A stretch of 64,000 bases of DNA from an uncultured virus (IMG/VR IMGVR_UViG_3300028571_000012) (lineage: Duplodnaviria > Heunggongvirae > Uroviricota > Caudoviricetes), in the IMG/VR virus record IMGVR_UViG_3300028571_000012, one strand, 5' to 3'. The notes beneath the pieces were generated by a model. The model did not search any database. It was not told where the DNA came from and worked only from the letters and a program-made list of their open reading frames with translations. Each line of letters opens with the position of its first letter. Position 1 is the stretch's first letter. The position numbers were made by a program, and so were the translations under genes. Of the stretch, positions 30,764-42,475 are shown piece after piece.

Positions 30764-31666
30764 TTATTTATTTAAAATTTCCAGTATAGCAAAATCCTTT
30801 GCTTTTAATTCCACTTCCCATGTACAATCAAGATTTTCCGTTACACAAGATGGTACGTGTGATGCACGATCACAATGCGCTCGCGATCCGTTTATGCCTT
30901 CGCTCCAATGAAATACCGGAACATATTGTGCCCAAGTATCTCGAAACAATTGTATAATATTTTCCATTTCGCACGATGGATTACAAGCATCGTGTAAGTT
31001 ATCATACACCAATGCTCGGACATCAGAAAAATGTTCATACAAATTGCGGCAATTCCAAAATGATTTATCTTCATTTTCCAACACAAGACGTGCACGAACA
31101 CCATCACTGCAGCATGACAAATTGGTCAAAAATCGTGCTTTGTATTGTTCCAAACTTTCTCGTTTAAAGTCTGGAGCACGATTAAGATGTAAACACATTG
31201 GAGAAGATAAGTCTTGCGCGCAACCCATTAGATCAAGGACATATGATTGATGATTTAATTCAACAATTGTTTTTTCCACAACACTTGGATTGTAGCTGGC
31301 AAGGACATTAAATTGATCTGGGTGGCAACTTAATGATATGTTGCATTGCCTCGCAAGTGATCCTGCACTTTCCAAATTGTTTTTAATAGCATCAATGTCT
31401 GGCAGATCAGCATAAGATAATTGCAATGAAGGATCCGTAACCAACGGGAACATACAGCTGCTTATTCTGTAATGACTTATTCCAACATTGGAAAGATGCG
31501 CAATAATTTGACGCACCACAATTGTGTTGTGCAATATGCGAGAACTTAAAATTGCAATTGCCGTATTGCGATCCATGCTGTTAAAGCTTTTGCGCGTCAT
31601 TGTCTTAAATGCAATTTTTTCATTTGCTTTAAGAATTTCGCTAATACATACCAATCCGAGTTTCAT
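30764..31666 (-). CDS. uvsE: UV-damage endonuclease
   Basis: LGLVC, YRISS..FP, HPDQF..L.S, LENED, D.LH, H.SE, ELKAKD.A. Confidence 0.9.
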   Translation of the reverse strand: MKLGLVCISEILKANEKIAFKTMTRKSFNSMDRNTAIAILSSRILHNTIVVRQIIAHLSNVGISHYRISSCMFPLVTDPSLQLSYADLPDIDAIKNNLESAGSLARQCNISLSCHPDQFNVLASYNPSVVEKTIVELNHQSYVLDLMGCAQDLSSPMCLHLNRAPDFKRESLEQYKARFLTNLSCCSDGVRARLVLENEDKSFWNCRNLYEHFSDVRALVYDNLHDACNPSCEMENIIQLFRDTWAQYVPVFHWSEGINGSRAHCDRASHVPSCVTENLDCTWEVELKAKDFAILEILNK

Positions 31667-31906
31667 AATGCTTAAAGTTGTTTAATGTAATAAGGAAACG
31701 CATCCTCACGAGCTTTGGCTGTTCCTGCGGTAAAGTAGAAACAGTCTTTTAAACAGTCGTATGCACGTTGTACGACTTCTTGTCGCCCAGCAAAAACTAC
31801 GCGGGAGTCGCCTTTCTTAAAAATGCCATAATGTTCTTTCACGTCAATATTCTACCATATTTTTTGGCGTTTGTAAACAACAAAATGAGTTTACTATAAA
31901 TAAAAT

Positions 31907-32764
31907 GTGATAATCAATACATACAAAACACGACCAATCAATGGAATGGGTTTGGGCGATTTTATTAGAGGCAATATAGCATTGCACCAAGTTTGCGCCG
32001 AAAAGAACATTCCTTTTGACGTTGATTTTTCACAACATCCAATGGGTGCATATTTAAAAGGTCACGAAGAATCAAGTGAAAGTGGTGCACAAAAATCCAT
32101 TGATCTTATTGATGTGTATGAAGATGAATTACGCTCCACTTTGGAATTGTGGAATAAGATCAAAAAGCATTACCGCAAAGGTAAGGTGCTAAGAACATAT
32201 TGTAATGCATTTCAAACTTTTCCAATATCGCAGGACTGTAAAACTTTTGTAAGAAACAGTATGATCCCAAATGATCTTTTGCAAGATAAAATTTCAAGTG
32301 TATGCCATCCTTCTTTTAACATGGCTTCATACGAAACAATTCACATAAGAACAGGCGATCCTGTTGCTTTTGGTGGAGCTTTAAAAAGAAATGTCATTGA
32401 AAGATTATATGATGAAATTGGTAAAACGATTACACACATAAGAAAAGGTTCAAATAAACACATTATTGTATTATCCGATAGCACAGCAATTAAAAACTTA
32501 ATTGCAAAAAAATTTGGATTATACACAACCAACGGCGCAACGACACACCTTACAGTGGGAAACGGTGATGTGGCCGGAACACTGGCCGATTATTTTATTA
32601 TGACCAACAGTGATAAAATCCATCAATTTACCAATGCATATCATTGGTGGGGCAGTGGTTTTAGTAACAGTGCATCCTGGATCAATGATGTTCCATTACA
32701 ATCTTATAAATTGAAATGTTTTAAGATGGAGTTTCTACAATTGAAACAAAAAGAATTTCTATAG
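31907..32764 (+). CDS. GT-B fucosyltransferase-like protein (NodZ/O-FucT-like)
   Basis: GLGDFIRG, IHIRTGD, LSDS, DYFIM, SGFS; late promoter at 31895-31902. Confidence 0.6.
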   Translation: MIINTYKTRPINGMGLGDFIRGNIALHQVCAEKNIPFDVDFSQHPMGAYLKGHEESSESGAQKSIDLIDVYEDELRSTLELWNKIKKHYRKGKVLRTYCNAFQTFPISQDCKTFVRNSMIPNDLLQDKISSVCHPSFNMASYETIHIRTGDPVAFGGALKRNVIERLYDEIGKTITHIRKGSNKHIIVLSDSTAIKNLIAKKFGLYTTNGATTHLTVGNGDVAGTLADYFIMTNSDKIHQFTNAYHWWGSGFSNSASWINDVPLQSYKLKCFKMEFLQLKQKEFL

Positions 32765-32783
32765 AAACTCCATCTTATGTTTC

Positions 32784-33053
32784 TTATACTCCTTCTACAA
32801 AACTGTAAAGTTCTGCTGCACGAGCTTTAATATCTGCTGGCGACGGAATATGCGCTTCAATTGCCGCAGCGGTAAATGAAAGCATAGGCAACGGAGTGGA
32901 TATATTCGCGTCCCTCTTTCTGTAATAATCTTCCATTGCGCGTTGATCTTGTTCTCTAAGAACATTCAACTTTTCGTGATACGTATTCCAAGAATCGCTG
33001 TGAGCGAGACTTAATACTTCCAGGCGGATTTCATATGCGTTTTTATTATTCAT
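32784..33053 (-). CDS. conserved phage hypothetical protein
   Basis: NAYEIRLEVL..A, P...DI..RA.ELY.FV; late promoter at 33108-33115. Confidence 0.55.
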   Translation of the reverse strand: MNNKNAYEIRLEVLSLAHSDSWNTYHEKLNVLREQDQRAMEDYYRKRDANISTPLPMLSFTAAAIEAHIPSPADIKARAAELYSFVEGV

Positions 33054-35577
33054 TGTTTTGTGTGTTTGTGTTTTGGTTTGGTAATACCATTGTAGTATTA
33101 CTAAAATTATTTATACATAAAAACCTCAGAGCTTTCCAGGTGCATAAATCGAAGGATTGTCATAGTCAAAATGAGGCACAATTTGAAAGTCTGTGTCATT
33201 TTTTAGACCGAGTGTTTGAATTAGAAAAACCGCATTGTCCAAAGCTTCCTTTGTAAAAAACTTGAGTGTTTTCAGATCTTTATAAAAATCAAACTTAAAG
33301 TTATTGCCTTCAAAAGCAGTGTGTGCTGTTTGTAACGCGTCCGTTGTATTGCATTGTATCATCATATTTGTATTATTATTGTTGTTGGTTGGAGAGCTAT
33401 GAATTTTAAAGATCACTTGTCACGTATTTTGAGAAATATTTTGCGATACTATCATCCCAAGGCTTGTTGCGCCTTGCTCCTTGGTCAGCAGTGCTTTTAA
33501 AGCGTCGCGCTCGCGGATTAACTTTTCAACTTCGTCCCGACTGCGTTCAAAGCTCGAATGCATTTCATACCAAGCCTTCCGCGCTTCATCGCGTTGCAGC
33601 AGCAACTTGGCCATAGCGCGACCAGTATCTTCAGAAGCGACCTTTTTCAAAGCCTCGTTAAGCATACGCTCTAATTCCTCGGCACGGTCAACCAAGTCAG
33701 TGACAAATTCACGTGCCACCCCATCAAATGTATTTAGCACCGCTCGGGCGTGCGGAGTATTGTGGATTTGTTTCATGGTGTTAATGAGTGTTTAGGTTGT
33801 GACTGTTCGTCGGACATTTCCAGGAATGCGCTGTGATCAACATGGACAAACACAACCAATGAAAGTCGATGTCAGTATTTTCGTACGATCTGAAACGCCC
33901 GCCGTTTGTTCTAAGCGTCGGCCACCAAAACCACCAGTTGCGCCCAAATCTAGGTCGAGTATGTGCTTCAAGTTCCCATTGCTCAAACTTTTCATTGGTG
34001 GTTCGGCTTGCAAGAGTCGCTCCGAAATGGATGTTTTTCGTGATTGGTATGATCATAAAATTAAATCTTAGACAAACGTGCTGATTGCGTTTTGAATATC
34101 AGTGTTGTCATTTATATATTCGGCTCGAGCAGAGACAATGCGCTTAAAAAGCTCACTGTCCTGAATTTCATCGTATGTTTCCATATCTACTACCAATGTA
34201 TCTACGACGGCTCCGTCTTGGAGTGTGTCGGATACACCATACACTGTTCCATCATAATCAGTACATTCAAACTGAATCATATTGTCTTCTAGTCTTGCAA
34301 ATTCTACATTCATATTTTATTTTTTATTCTGGAAAGTTATCTGTTGATGTTAGTATTATAATTCCTACGGCCAGTATTAAACAGCCAAATAGCGTCCAAA
34401 GTGAAAAGAATTCGGTAATCATAGCTGTTCAGTTGATTTCTGCAAGAGCATTTTTTATAATCTCCTCACGAGTGGTAAGTTTATCGGTACGAGGATCAAC
34501 ACTGCACTCGTTGCCCCTCCTATCAACTGCGATCAAAGTGGTGTGATTAACTTTGGTAACGGTCAGCGCATAAAGCCTGCGAATTGAAGTACGACCATCA
34601 AAGATCCACTCCACGAGAATGATTTCTTGACCAACGGTAAAGGTTGGAGTTTCGACTGGATGTAGTTGTTTTGCGATCAGTTTCATAGTGTGGTAGTGTT
34701 ACAAGATTATTGTATCATAATTTATTGTATTAAGAATGTGAGAAAAATCGTTTAACATTTTCTCTCATAACTTCTGCCGCACGTAAGATATCGTCACATA
34801 TTTTCTTTTCACTTTCGTTCAATGAATCAAGATTTAACGGTTGCGTCGAATCAATTGTCCAAAATGACTTTAGTGTTTCTTCAAGCTCTTTGTTCATATT
34901 TGTCCATCAGTTTATCATATTCGTTTTGATAGTCAAGAATCATTTCTCTTGCACCCGCAGAACAATCCATACTGTTCATCCAAAGCACTATTGCTTCCGC
35001 CACACCGTAGCAGCCAGAGCCGAAAAACATTCTGATGATCTGTTGTTGATGTTCGGGCAGCAGATCAAATCTTTTATCAAAAATAGCGTTGTGATAACTG
35101 CATCCCCACGGATAAGCGGTGAGGAAAATCTCTTGCGGAGAACGTGTTTCAAGTGCCTGTGTTTCTTTTTTCATATTTAAAATTCGTAATAAGTCGTCAC
35201 CATATTGTCGCCGCATTGATCGCAAGTCTCGGAATAATGAGTATCCTCCACATGGAGCAATTCCACCAAATCATTTACGCCGATTTCCCCATCATCAAAC
35301 ATGCGCCGAATTTCCGCAAACGAATCATTATGAAAGCTTTCGCGCGGTTCTGCGGATAGTTCGTAACGCTTGTCTTCACAGGAATAGGAGGTATCATTGA
35401 CTTCTAAATGTCCTCCTGCGGTGCATCCATTGGATATGTTTAGTTTGTATTTCATATAACCAAATTAAAATTTTTAGGGTTTTGAACAATTTTAAGCTCA
35501 GTATCGCCAGATTCTTTCATCCACCCACTTTTCATAATTGTATTCTTCAGGATTTGCTTTCATTTCCGAGTTCATGA

Positions 35578-35982
35578 TTATTTTAATTTCAAGCTATTTT
35601 TAATATTCTCTACATGCCGATCAATCACATGATCGGGTGTTTCATGAGTGTTGACTCCACTGTGACGTTTTTCCACTACCAACGAGAATACCATGATACC
35701 ACGTTTTTCCGCTTCAGCAACATAAAATTGAAAGTCTTGTTCTTTGGTGTTTGTGTTGGCCACCACAACGGTATCAAAGTCTGGATTATCCAGAGCATAC
35801 ACAAATTTTTCTTGGCATTGTTTATGAGCGATTGATAGATGATCAGGATTGAAATTATATTTTCCCCATGAATCATAAAAGTAATCATCGGCAGTGCAAA
35901 TCGCAACTTCGCCACCAAAAAGCTGTGCCACAGAACTTTTACCACACCCAGATGCGCCTCTAAGCAAAATTATTTTTTTCAT
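35578..35982 (-). CDS. P-loop kinase (AAA_33, polynucleotide-kinase-like)
   Basis: LRGASGCGKS, ADDYF, AH..CQ, V.NTNT. Confidence 0.8.
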   Translation of the reverse strand: MKKIILLRGASGCGKSSVAQLFGGEVAICTADDYFYDSWGKYNFNPDHLSIAHKQCQEKFVYALDNPDFDTVVVANTNTKEQDFQFYVAEAEKRGIMVFSLVVEKRHSGVNTHETPDHVIDRHVENIKNSLKLK

Positions 35983-36715
35983 CTCTTTTCTTTCTTGCTC
36001 CTGTTACAATTACAACATAATGATTATCCTCTTTTTCAATTTTTGCTTGAGAATAGCCGTCAAGCTCAGGATATTTTCGTCCCAAATATTCTCGTACAAC
36101 ATCCCAAACTTTGGTGTAATTTTTGGTTTCTTGAGCGTTATTCAGTTGATCAACAATGGTCTTCCCTTTGATAAGAAACCGCTTGTCTGCGGAAAATCCT
36201 TCAATCACTGGCAAAGGAATTTGCGTGATTTGTAAAGGGCTACTATAACTTACGCCAGCACCTTCATAGCCATCATTATTTTTTAGAGACACATATTGAC
36301 GCAATGTGGAATAGATTTCATATGCCAACGTACCTCCGCCTTTAATCATTTGTTCATGACCTACTCCACAGGGAGCATGTAATTCGGACCGCTTCAAACG
36401 AATTTTATCTTCATATGTCATTCGGCTATCATCCATTGTCCCGTCCTTATTGTAAGCGCGACCGTATTGGTCGCAATAACTTCCATTTCCCGCGTATTTC
36501 AAAGCGGGCGGTCCAGGATACAGGATACCTCTCACGAATTTTTCAATGGATTCGGATTCTTTCCAAGACAGTCCTACATCCCGAAATGCCGTATCAATGG
36601 CAATTTTGATTTGTCCTGCCCGCAATCTGGAATATACTTCCAAAGCTGTCATCATCACATGGAGATGTTCGTCTGTAAATTTGATTTTAGTCATGTCTAT
36701 ACTGTATTGTTTCAT
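35960..36715 (-). CDS. hypothetical protein
   Basis: 251-aa ORF on the coding strand. Confidence 0.55.
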   Translation of the reverse strand: MKQYSIDMTKIKFTDEHLHVMMTALEVYSRLRAGQIKIAIDTAFRDVGLSWKESESIEKFVRGILYPGPPALKYAGNGSYCDQYGRAYNKDGTMDDSRMTYEDKIRLKRSELHAPCGVGHEQMIKGGGTLAYEIYSTLRQYVSLKNNDGYEGAGVSYSSPLQITQIPLPVIEGFSADKRFLIKGKTIVDQLNNAQETKNYTKVWDVVREYLGRKYPELDGYSQAKIEKEDNHYVVIVTGARKKRDEKNNFA

Positions 36716-36864
36716 TTTAAGAGTTCACTATTCTCAAAAACGTTGCCAACAACTCTTCCTAAATGAGCATTACCACAAACAAATGGATATTTTACTTCGG
36801 TAATTGTATTGAGTTGATCACCCCAAACGCCTTCTTGTTTTACAATATTGCTTTTTCTAGGCTC

Positions 36865-36938
36865 ATAATGTGGTGTTTCCTTACGGGACTATTCTACCAT
36901 AAAAATCGCCGTTTGTAAACAACTTTTTTCAACAAAAT
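36865..36938 (-). promoter_or_regulatory. early promoter/leader cassette (repeat copy)
   Basis: Near-identical to 26461-26535. Confidence 0.8.
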
Positions 36939-37091
36939 GCATTTTATTTGGGCGCATCGGCCGGTCACCAATAAAACACACTTATAACAGTTCAACGATC
37001 AGCAGCATCAGCGCAACACTTAAAAATACCACGGCAAGCACGTCACATGAATATATCATGCTAAGCACAAAACATATTAGACAAATAACAA

Positions 37092-37634
37092 TCATAAAGA
37101 TGGCAGGTCATAGAGTTCCCGAATATCATTTTTGACGCGCTCTGTTTCAGCAGCAACCCACGAGCCGTTGGCTCCATAATAGTCTCTGACCTTGATATAT
37201 TGTGAAAGCATCCCAATAAAACTACATTTGCCTGCATTGTATCGTTCTGGAAGATTGTCAATCAGAACATTTTCAGGATCTGCAATGTCTTTATTTTCTG
37301 CATAAATGTAGTCCGATCCGTAGGCCAATTGAACTTTGTGTGCATAACGGTCTTGATCTTCTCGTGCAAAAATATGATCATGATCAAAATCAAAACCTCC
37401 TGCACTGTTTAGTTCATGCGCATACGATCTTGTTGCGGCAGTAAGAATATATACGTTTTCCTTTCCGACAAGTTCACGTGCAAACTCAATAAGATGCACT
37501 GCGTCTGGTCTAAAAATTGTAAAATAAGATTCTCTACTACTGTCCTTATGCGTGTAGCACTCTTGGTTTGGATGATTTCCAACTATGGTGTGCAGCAGTG
37601 TTTCATCAAGATCAAAAAATATTCGTTTTATCAT
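37092..37634 (-). CDS. HAD-family (NIF/FCP1-like) phosphatase
   Basis: FFDLDETLLH, RP, TAA...YA, LIDN. Confidence 0.8.
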   Translation of the reverse strand: MIKRIFFDLDETLLHTIVGNHPNQECYTHKDSSRESYFTIFRPDAVHLIEFARELVGKENVYILTAATRSYAHELNSAGGFDFDHDHIFAREDQDRYAHKVQLAYGSDYIYAENKDIADPENVLIDNLPERYNAGKCSFIGMLSQYIKVRDYYGANGSWVAAETERVKNDIRELYDLPSL

Positions 37635-38151
37635 TTTAGTAAAATTAAGATTTATTATGCATTTGCATTTGTTTTGTCAGTGCATTTCGATGATCCAACA
37701 GCCTATCAATTGCAGGCATAAATTTTTCTTTTTCCTTGCATGTTTTTGACAAAAGAGTGGTAATTCTCATTACGTCATCAATTGTTTTTATTAGCGTTTC
37801 GTATTGTTCAGTCATAATTTTTGTTAATTAAATCGAGTACCCACTGCAGGCGAAATTGTGCATTAAACCTATCACAAATATATTGAAGATTGTTTAGAAT
37901 TGATTCTTCGGATTTGTAACCATAGGTATTTTTTCCACTTCTTCTATCAGGGCCAAAATATCCATCACGACAATCTTGCCAATCCAAATATTCAATTTGC
38001 GCGGCAATTGTACCACCATACGGTTGTATAATTTTAATAGCAGCGTCTAATGTCATATTATGCAAACCATAAAATTTACAAAATACTTGTCTGTTGAGAA
38101 TTTCTACGCGAGCATCTTGCTTACGGTGCAGTCTATTAATTGTTGATCTTT

Positions 38152-38742
38152 TCATGTCCACAAATGTTCGTGATATTTGACGATTGTTTTCATTGTCATC
38201 ATATCTTTTTTGGCTATAAGTTTTTCAAGAAGATTGGTTTCAGCATATGCTTGTTCGTATGGCATGCCGTAAAGCTCTTCGCAGCTTCTCATCATGTAGT
38301 GTCCATCTTTATTTTCGACAAACCACTCTTTGTTTGCTGATATTGTTTCTGGGTAGGAATTTTCATGCTGGCGTTGCAATATAGGTCGCTCAAACTTGAT
38401 GTAATTATACGCCGATCGAAGTGTTTTATCTCGCTTAATAATAGCATCAAGATATTGTTGCGACACGTGACCGTCTTTAAGATCTTGTGACCAGTCAATT
38501 TGATCTTGAAGTCCTTCTTCATGTTCAACATAATGAACAAGACATTCAAACAGAAGATGCGGAATAAGAGTCACTTTATCGCACCATGTGTTTGGAATTG
38601 TTTGTGTTAACCATTTTTGACGAGGATTAAACCATGCCTCAATTTTATTTTTCAAATCACTGCGAAAGAACTGGTTAAAAACTAAAGATGGTTTTTTAAA
38701 CAGTTTTGTCAAATCCGATGAAATGTATGTATGATTAATCAT
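38152..38742 (-). CDS. hypothetical protein
   Basis: 196-aa ORF on the coding strand. Confidence 0.55.
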   Translation of the reverse strand: MINHTYISSDLTKLFKKPSLVFNQFFRSDLKNKIEAWFNPRQKWLTQTIPNTWCDKVTLIPHLLFECLVHYVEHEEGLQDQIDWSQDLKDGHVSQQYLDAIIKRDKTLRSAYNYIKFERPILQRQHENSYPETISANKEWFVENKDGHYMMRSCEELYGMPYEQAYAETNLLEKLIAKKDMMTMKTIVKYHEHLWT

Positions 38743-39038
38743 GTCTTTATAGTATCATATTATAGAAAAATGTAAACCATTATTTTTGCGCAATCGTATC
38801 ACGCATTGCAGCATGAAAGACTTCGGCTGAGCTTTGAAGCGCCGGAGTAATCTTCGACTTTTCGTTCCATTCTCGAATTTGAACTTCCATAAGATAAGTT
38901 AGTCCTGGATTGTCCGCTGCCATTCTGCGCAAACTGTGAAACGCACGACAATAGATCCACCAATCCCACTTTCGAAGAATCTTTGCTCGAAAAGAAGAAT
39001 ATGTAAATTTCGCTTGTTGTGTTTTTATAATCATGATG

Positions 39039-39791
39039 CTAAAATGGTGCGAAGCGATTGAAGAGTCTTTCCGCCGAGTTTTTTTCGGCGGCATCGGAGC
39101 GGTGTTCTTTAATTTCTTCAATATTCAATATTGTCGCCAAACAGCCATCGGCATGTGCCATACCATTGCAATGAAAATGACCGTGATAAGATTTGCGTGG
39201 TTTACACAATGAGATTAATGCATTGTGATCCTGTCGTTCCTGCATGCACTCTTCCCACAACGATGCATCTTTTTGCGTCCAGCTTGCTATGGCGCTTTTA
39301 TCATATGGCCCAACCCAACTTGGTGCCGAATGTGTAATAAGAACATCACATGCGGTCACGCGGTTTGTGTCCAGCACAAAAGCTTCGTTGCTCCAATAGC
39401 TGACATTGTTTTCGCGCAATCGTCGATCAATGCTAACCGCACCGCCTACAAACAAAAACTTTTCGCCGTTAATAGTTTCACTGTAATAGTCCGGAAGTAA
39501 TTTAACGTGGCTAAGATTTATTCGTTTTTCAGCGTCATTAAAAAATATCGGATCATCATGATTGCCGCGTATTGTCATAAAGACAATATTGCGCTTGGCA
39601 AAAAAAGTGTTAAGCACAATACAATCATCAACATTAGCACCATATTTGCGCTTAAATCCAATACCAAAATCTCCTACGCAAATTAAAGTACAATCCTTAA
39701 TGTTGTTTTGAAACACCAAATTTTTTAATCTGGCAAATTGTCCATGAATGTCTCCAATTATATAGACCGGGTTTGTTTCCTCTGTTTTCAT
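39039..39791 (-). CDS. metallophosphoesterase
   Basis: GDIHG, GDFG, GNHD, GGAVSID, THSAP, HGHFH. Confidence 0.9.
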   Translation of the reverse strand: MKTEETNPVYIIGDIHGQFARLKNLVFQNNIKDCTLICVGDFGIGFKRKYGANVDDCIVLNTFFAKRNIVFMTIRGNHDDPIFFNDAEKRINLSHVKLLPDYYSETINGEKFLFVGGAVSIDRRLRENNVSYWSNEAFVLDTNRVTACDVLITHSAPSWVGPYDKSAIASWTQKDASLWEECMQERQDHNALISLCKPRKSYHGHFHCNGMAHADGCLATILNIEEIKEHRSDAAEKNSAERLFNRFAPF

Positions 39792-39988
39792 ATTTTTTCC
39801 AGTTTACTCATAAACAAGCACTTAAAGTAAGATTCTCCAACACAATCATTTAAAGTACAGTTATACTCCGTTGCAATTACACATACATTCTTTTTACACA
39901 ATGAAAAATATTCGATCCAAAAGGTAATTGGTTTTTTGTTTAGAATTTTCACGTATTGCAAATGTTTGATTTTTTGTATTTATTAAAA

Positions 39989-40313
39989 TGGTGGAGGTGT
40001 CGGGAGTTGAACCCGAGTCCACGATACAAACAATCTATAATCTACAACAATATCAAGCTTTTTTCGCCATGCTTGCCGGCTATGCACCTACGTTGTGCCC
40101 CAGAGTATAGTTTGGTGTACTCAACCTATTTTAGATTTGCCTAAAAAGCTATCCTCTGTCGTCGCCCACATCTTTTAGAGGAGTCAAAAAGTGGACGTAG
40201 CTTACGCAGCTAATGCAAGGTTATTTTCGCCTTTTGTTTTTCGCTTTTAAAGTCAAGCAGACTGTGTGTTGCAATAGGTGTGTTTCTTATCATGTCGAAA
40301 CCTTTTCACCCCC
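39989..40313 (-). ncRNA. ssrA: tmRNA, tag (A)GENNLALAA
   Basis: 5' GGGGGTGAAAAGGTTTCGAC, 3' GGGTTCAACTCCCGACACCTCCACCA with G3.U70; internal GGC GAA AAT AAC CTT GCA TTA GCT GCG TAA. Confidence 0.95.
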
Positions 40314-40496
40314 AGTTGAAATTGAAGCTTTGCCGTATGTTGATTCGATGCGCTCGATTTCCTTTGTAATAAAGGCCCTGAGCTCATCATATTTGTTTGG
40401 GTGAACGATATTGGTTTGCACTAAGGCGTAGATTAATCCGTGCATAGTGCCTTTGTAGGCACCAGCAAGAGATGCATAATTAATTTCTGTATTCAT
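40290..40496 (-). CDS. small hypothetical protein whose stop codon lies inside tmRNA
   Basis: ATG overlaps the stop of 40493-40693; last 7 codons and TGA are tmRNA nt 1-24. Confidence 0.55.
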   Translation of the reverse strand: MNTEINYASLAGAYKGTMHGLIYALVQTNIVHPNKYDELRAFITKEIERIESTYGKASISTGGEKVST

Positions 40497-41392
40497 AGAG
40501 TGTGTTGTACTAAAACGCTGAGCAAATGATTGTAGTCGCTGCTCGTGCAGTCATCCAATACCGCCTTGATTTCTTCAGTTGTGCGTCCTTGCTGGCGTGC
40601 CGCTGATTGGAATGCTCCCATAAGAGAATAGGCATTGCCGTTAAGACCAACAAGTTCGAGTTTAACAGGTTTACAGTGTAGTGATTCAGTCATAAAGTAT
40701 TGGTTACAAAGTTATTGTACCATACTTTATGACATTTGTAAACAAAAAAGTGAACAAGTTTTTACCGTCCTATGCGGTCGGCTCAATCAATTCCCATCGC
40801 TTGTCCATTTCAACCTCGTTTGTGGCGGCATTATAAAAAATTGATGGATGTCTCAATGCATAAGATCCTCGAAAATCAATATCTAGGCGCATTTGATTTG
40901 GCATTCCGCCAACTTGTTTCCAAACTGCATCAAACTCTTCTCCCGCGGACACCGGGCCGTAGTCTGCCACGGTCTTAATCTTCACCTTTTGACCTGACTT
41001 GAATTTTGTCTCTTCATTAAGAACACATGATGGATCCAAAACGGACATTGCGGCGTGACATAGTGCGTCTTGTTTGCGAAAAATATTGCTGTTGTTCATA
41101 CTTGTTTATTTATACACACTTCAATTTCAATCATTGTCTGGCACGCCATATTCAGTGCGAAGAGCCCAAACATATTCTCTGAATTGATCTATTAAATGAT
41201 CGCATGCCTGTCTGACATTTTCGTCAATGTTTTCATCTTGACGAAAATGACCACCGTTGTATTTTTGTGCGGTGCGCAGTTCATTCAACAGTTCGTCCAG
41301 CACTCTCAAGCTTCTTGTGCCGTTTACGGCAGCCGTATATTCATAATCTTCTTCGGGCAATTGAAATTCTAATGTTGCTTTCATAGTTTTAT

Positions 41393-42475
41393 TTATGGTT
41401 CAATTTTCACTTGCTCCAATTCATAAAAAATCGCAACGGTGTCGTCAGTTTGTTTTTCGGACAATATATTAAAGCAATGCGCCTTGCGCCAATCATCATA
41501 TTGTTGTGTTATTGCATACGCTTGTTCTCGGCGAGTGTCATACGCACGCAATGAGTTTGCCCAGTCAATCATAGCATCGCGTTTTTGAATATAGCAATTA
41601 TATGCCTGCACCACTGTTTCAATTTCTGGGCGAATTCGCTCGGCAATCTCATAGTCAGTTGTATTGACAACATAATCATAAAAATCATTTGCACAGATAA
41701 AGCGTGGAGAAGCCAAAAACAAATCCATCACTGATTTTACATTGGAAATTCCGGCGGCAACTTTATGCAAATGGCAATAATGAGACGCCTTAATTTTCTT
41801 CAATGTTTGACCGTCAGGAGAATAGAGCACAACACCTTCTTTTCCAATCCAATTTTGCACATCCGAAATACATTCTTGCGTTGTGTTGTAGTTGTAGCGC
41901 GACGGACGACCGACGCACCACAATTTGGCAACGTCATCTAGACTTTGTTGTGATACGTATTGTGCAGTCTTATTAAAGATCATGCCTACCAAAGTTAGTG
42001 TCGGGACATTATGTTCACGCAGCACAATAATGCGCGTTGGACTTGTCCATTCCAGCAATACCGAATAGCCATTGTCTAAAAAATTATTGTCAAACACTTC
42101 AGGATACCGAATGACTAAACCGTCAATTTCATGGCCGTTGGTCAGCATCCGAGCATCGACCGTTCCTCGAGTACTCACAACAAGTTTTCCGTTGTGACGT
42201 GAAACAATAAGCAACGAGCCGTCAAGCTTATGAACAGCTTTTACAGGCCATGAATCTTCCCACGGTTGAAAGTTTGGCTGCTCTCCAAAGTTGGTAAATT
42301 TTCCAAAGCCTTGAGACACTACGGTGTTATCGGATTTGCGGACAATGCAAGAACGAAAGCGCGCATTGTCGTCAGTCCACTTTACCGACATATCTTTTGG
42401 TGTGATTAACCAACAGTCGTCACCAGCAACAGTGACATCTTTAAAATTAAATTGTTCTGTATCGGGAAGTTTCAT
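41393..42475 (-). CDS. RNA ligase, T4 Rnl1-like
   Basis: KFTNFGE, KLDGSL, EW.SP..IV, EGVV, KIK...Y. Confidence 0.85.
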   Translation of the reverse strand: MKLPDTEQFNFKDVTVAGDDCWLITPKDMSVKWTDDNARFRSCIVRKSDNTVVSQGFGKFTNFGEQPNFQPWEDSWPVKAVHKLDGSLLIVSRHNGKLVVSTRGTVDARMLTNGHEIDGLVIRYPEVFDNNFLDNGYSVLLEWTSPTRIIVLREHNVPTLTLVGMIFNKTAQYVSQQSLDDVAKLWCVGRPSRYNYNTTQECISDVQNWIGKEGVVLYSPDGQTLKKIKASHYCHLHKVAAGISNVKSVMDLFLASPRFICANDFYDYVVNTTDYEIAERIRPEIETVVQAYNCYIQKRDAMIDWANSLRAYDTRREQAYAITQQYDDWRKAHCFNILSEKQTDDTVAIFYELEQVKIEP

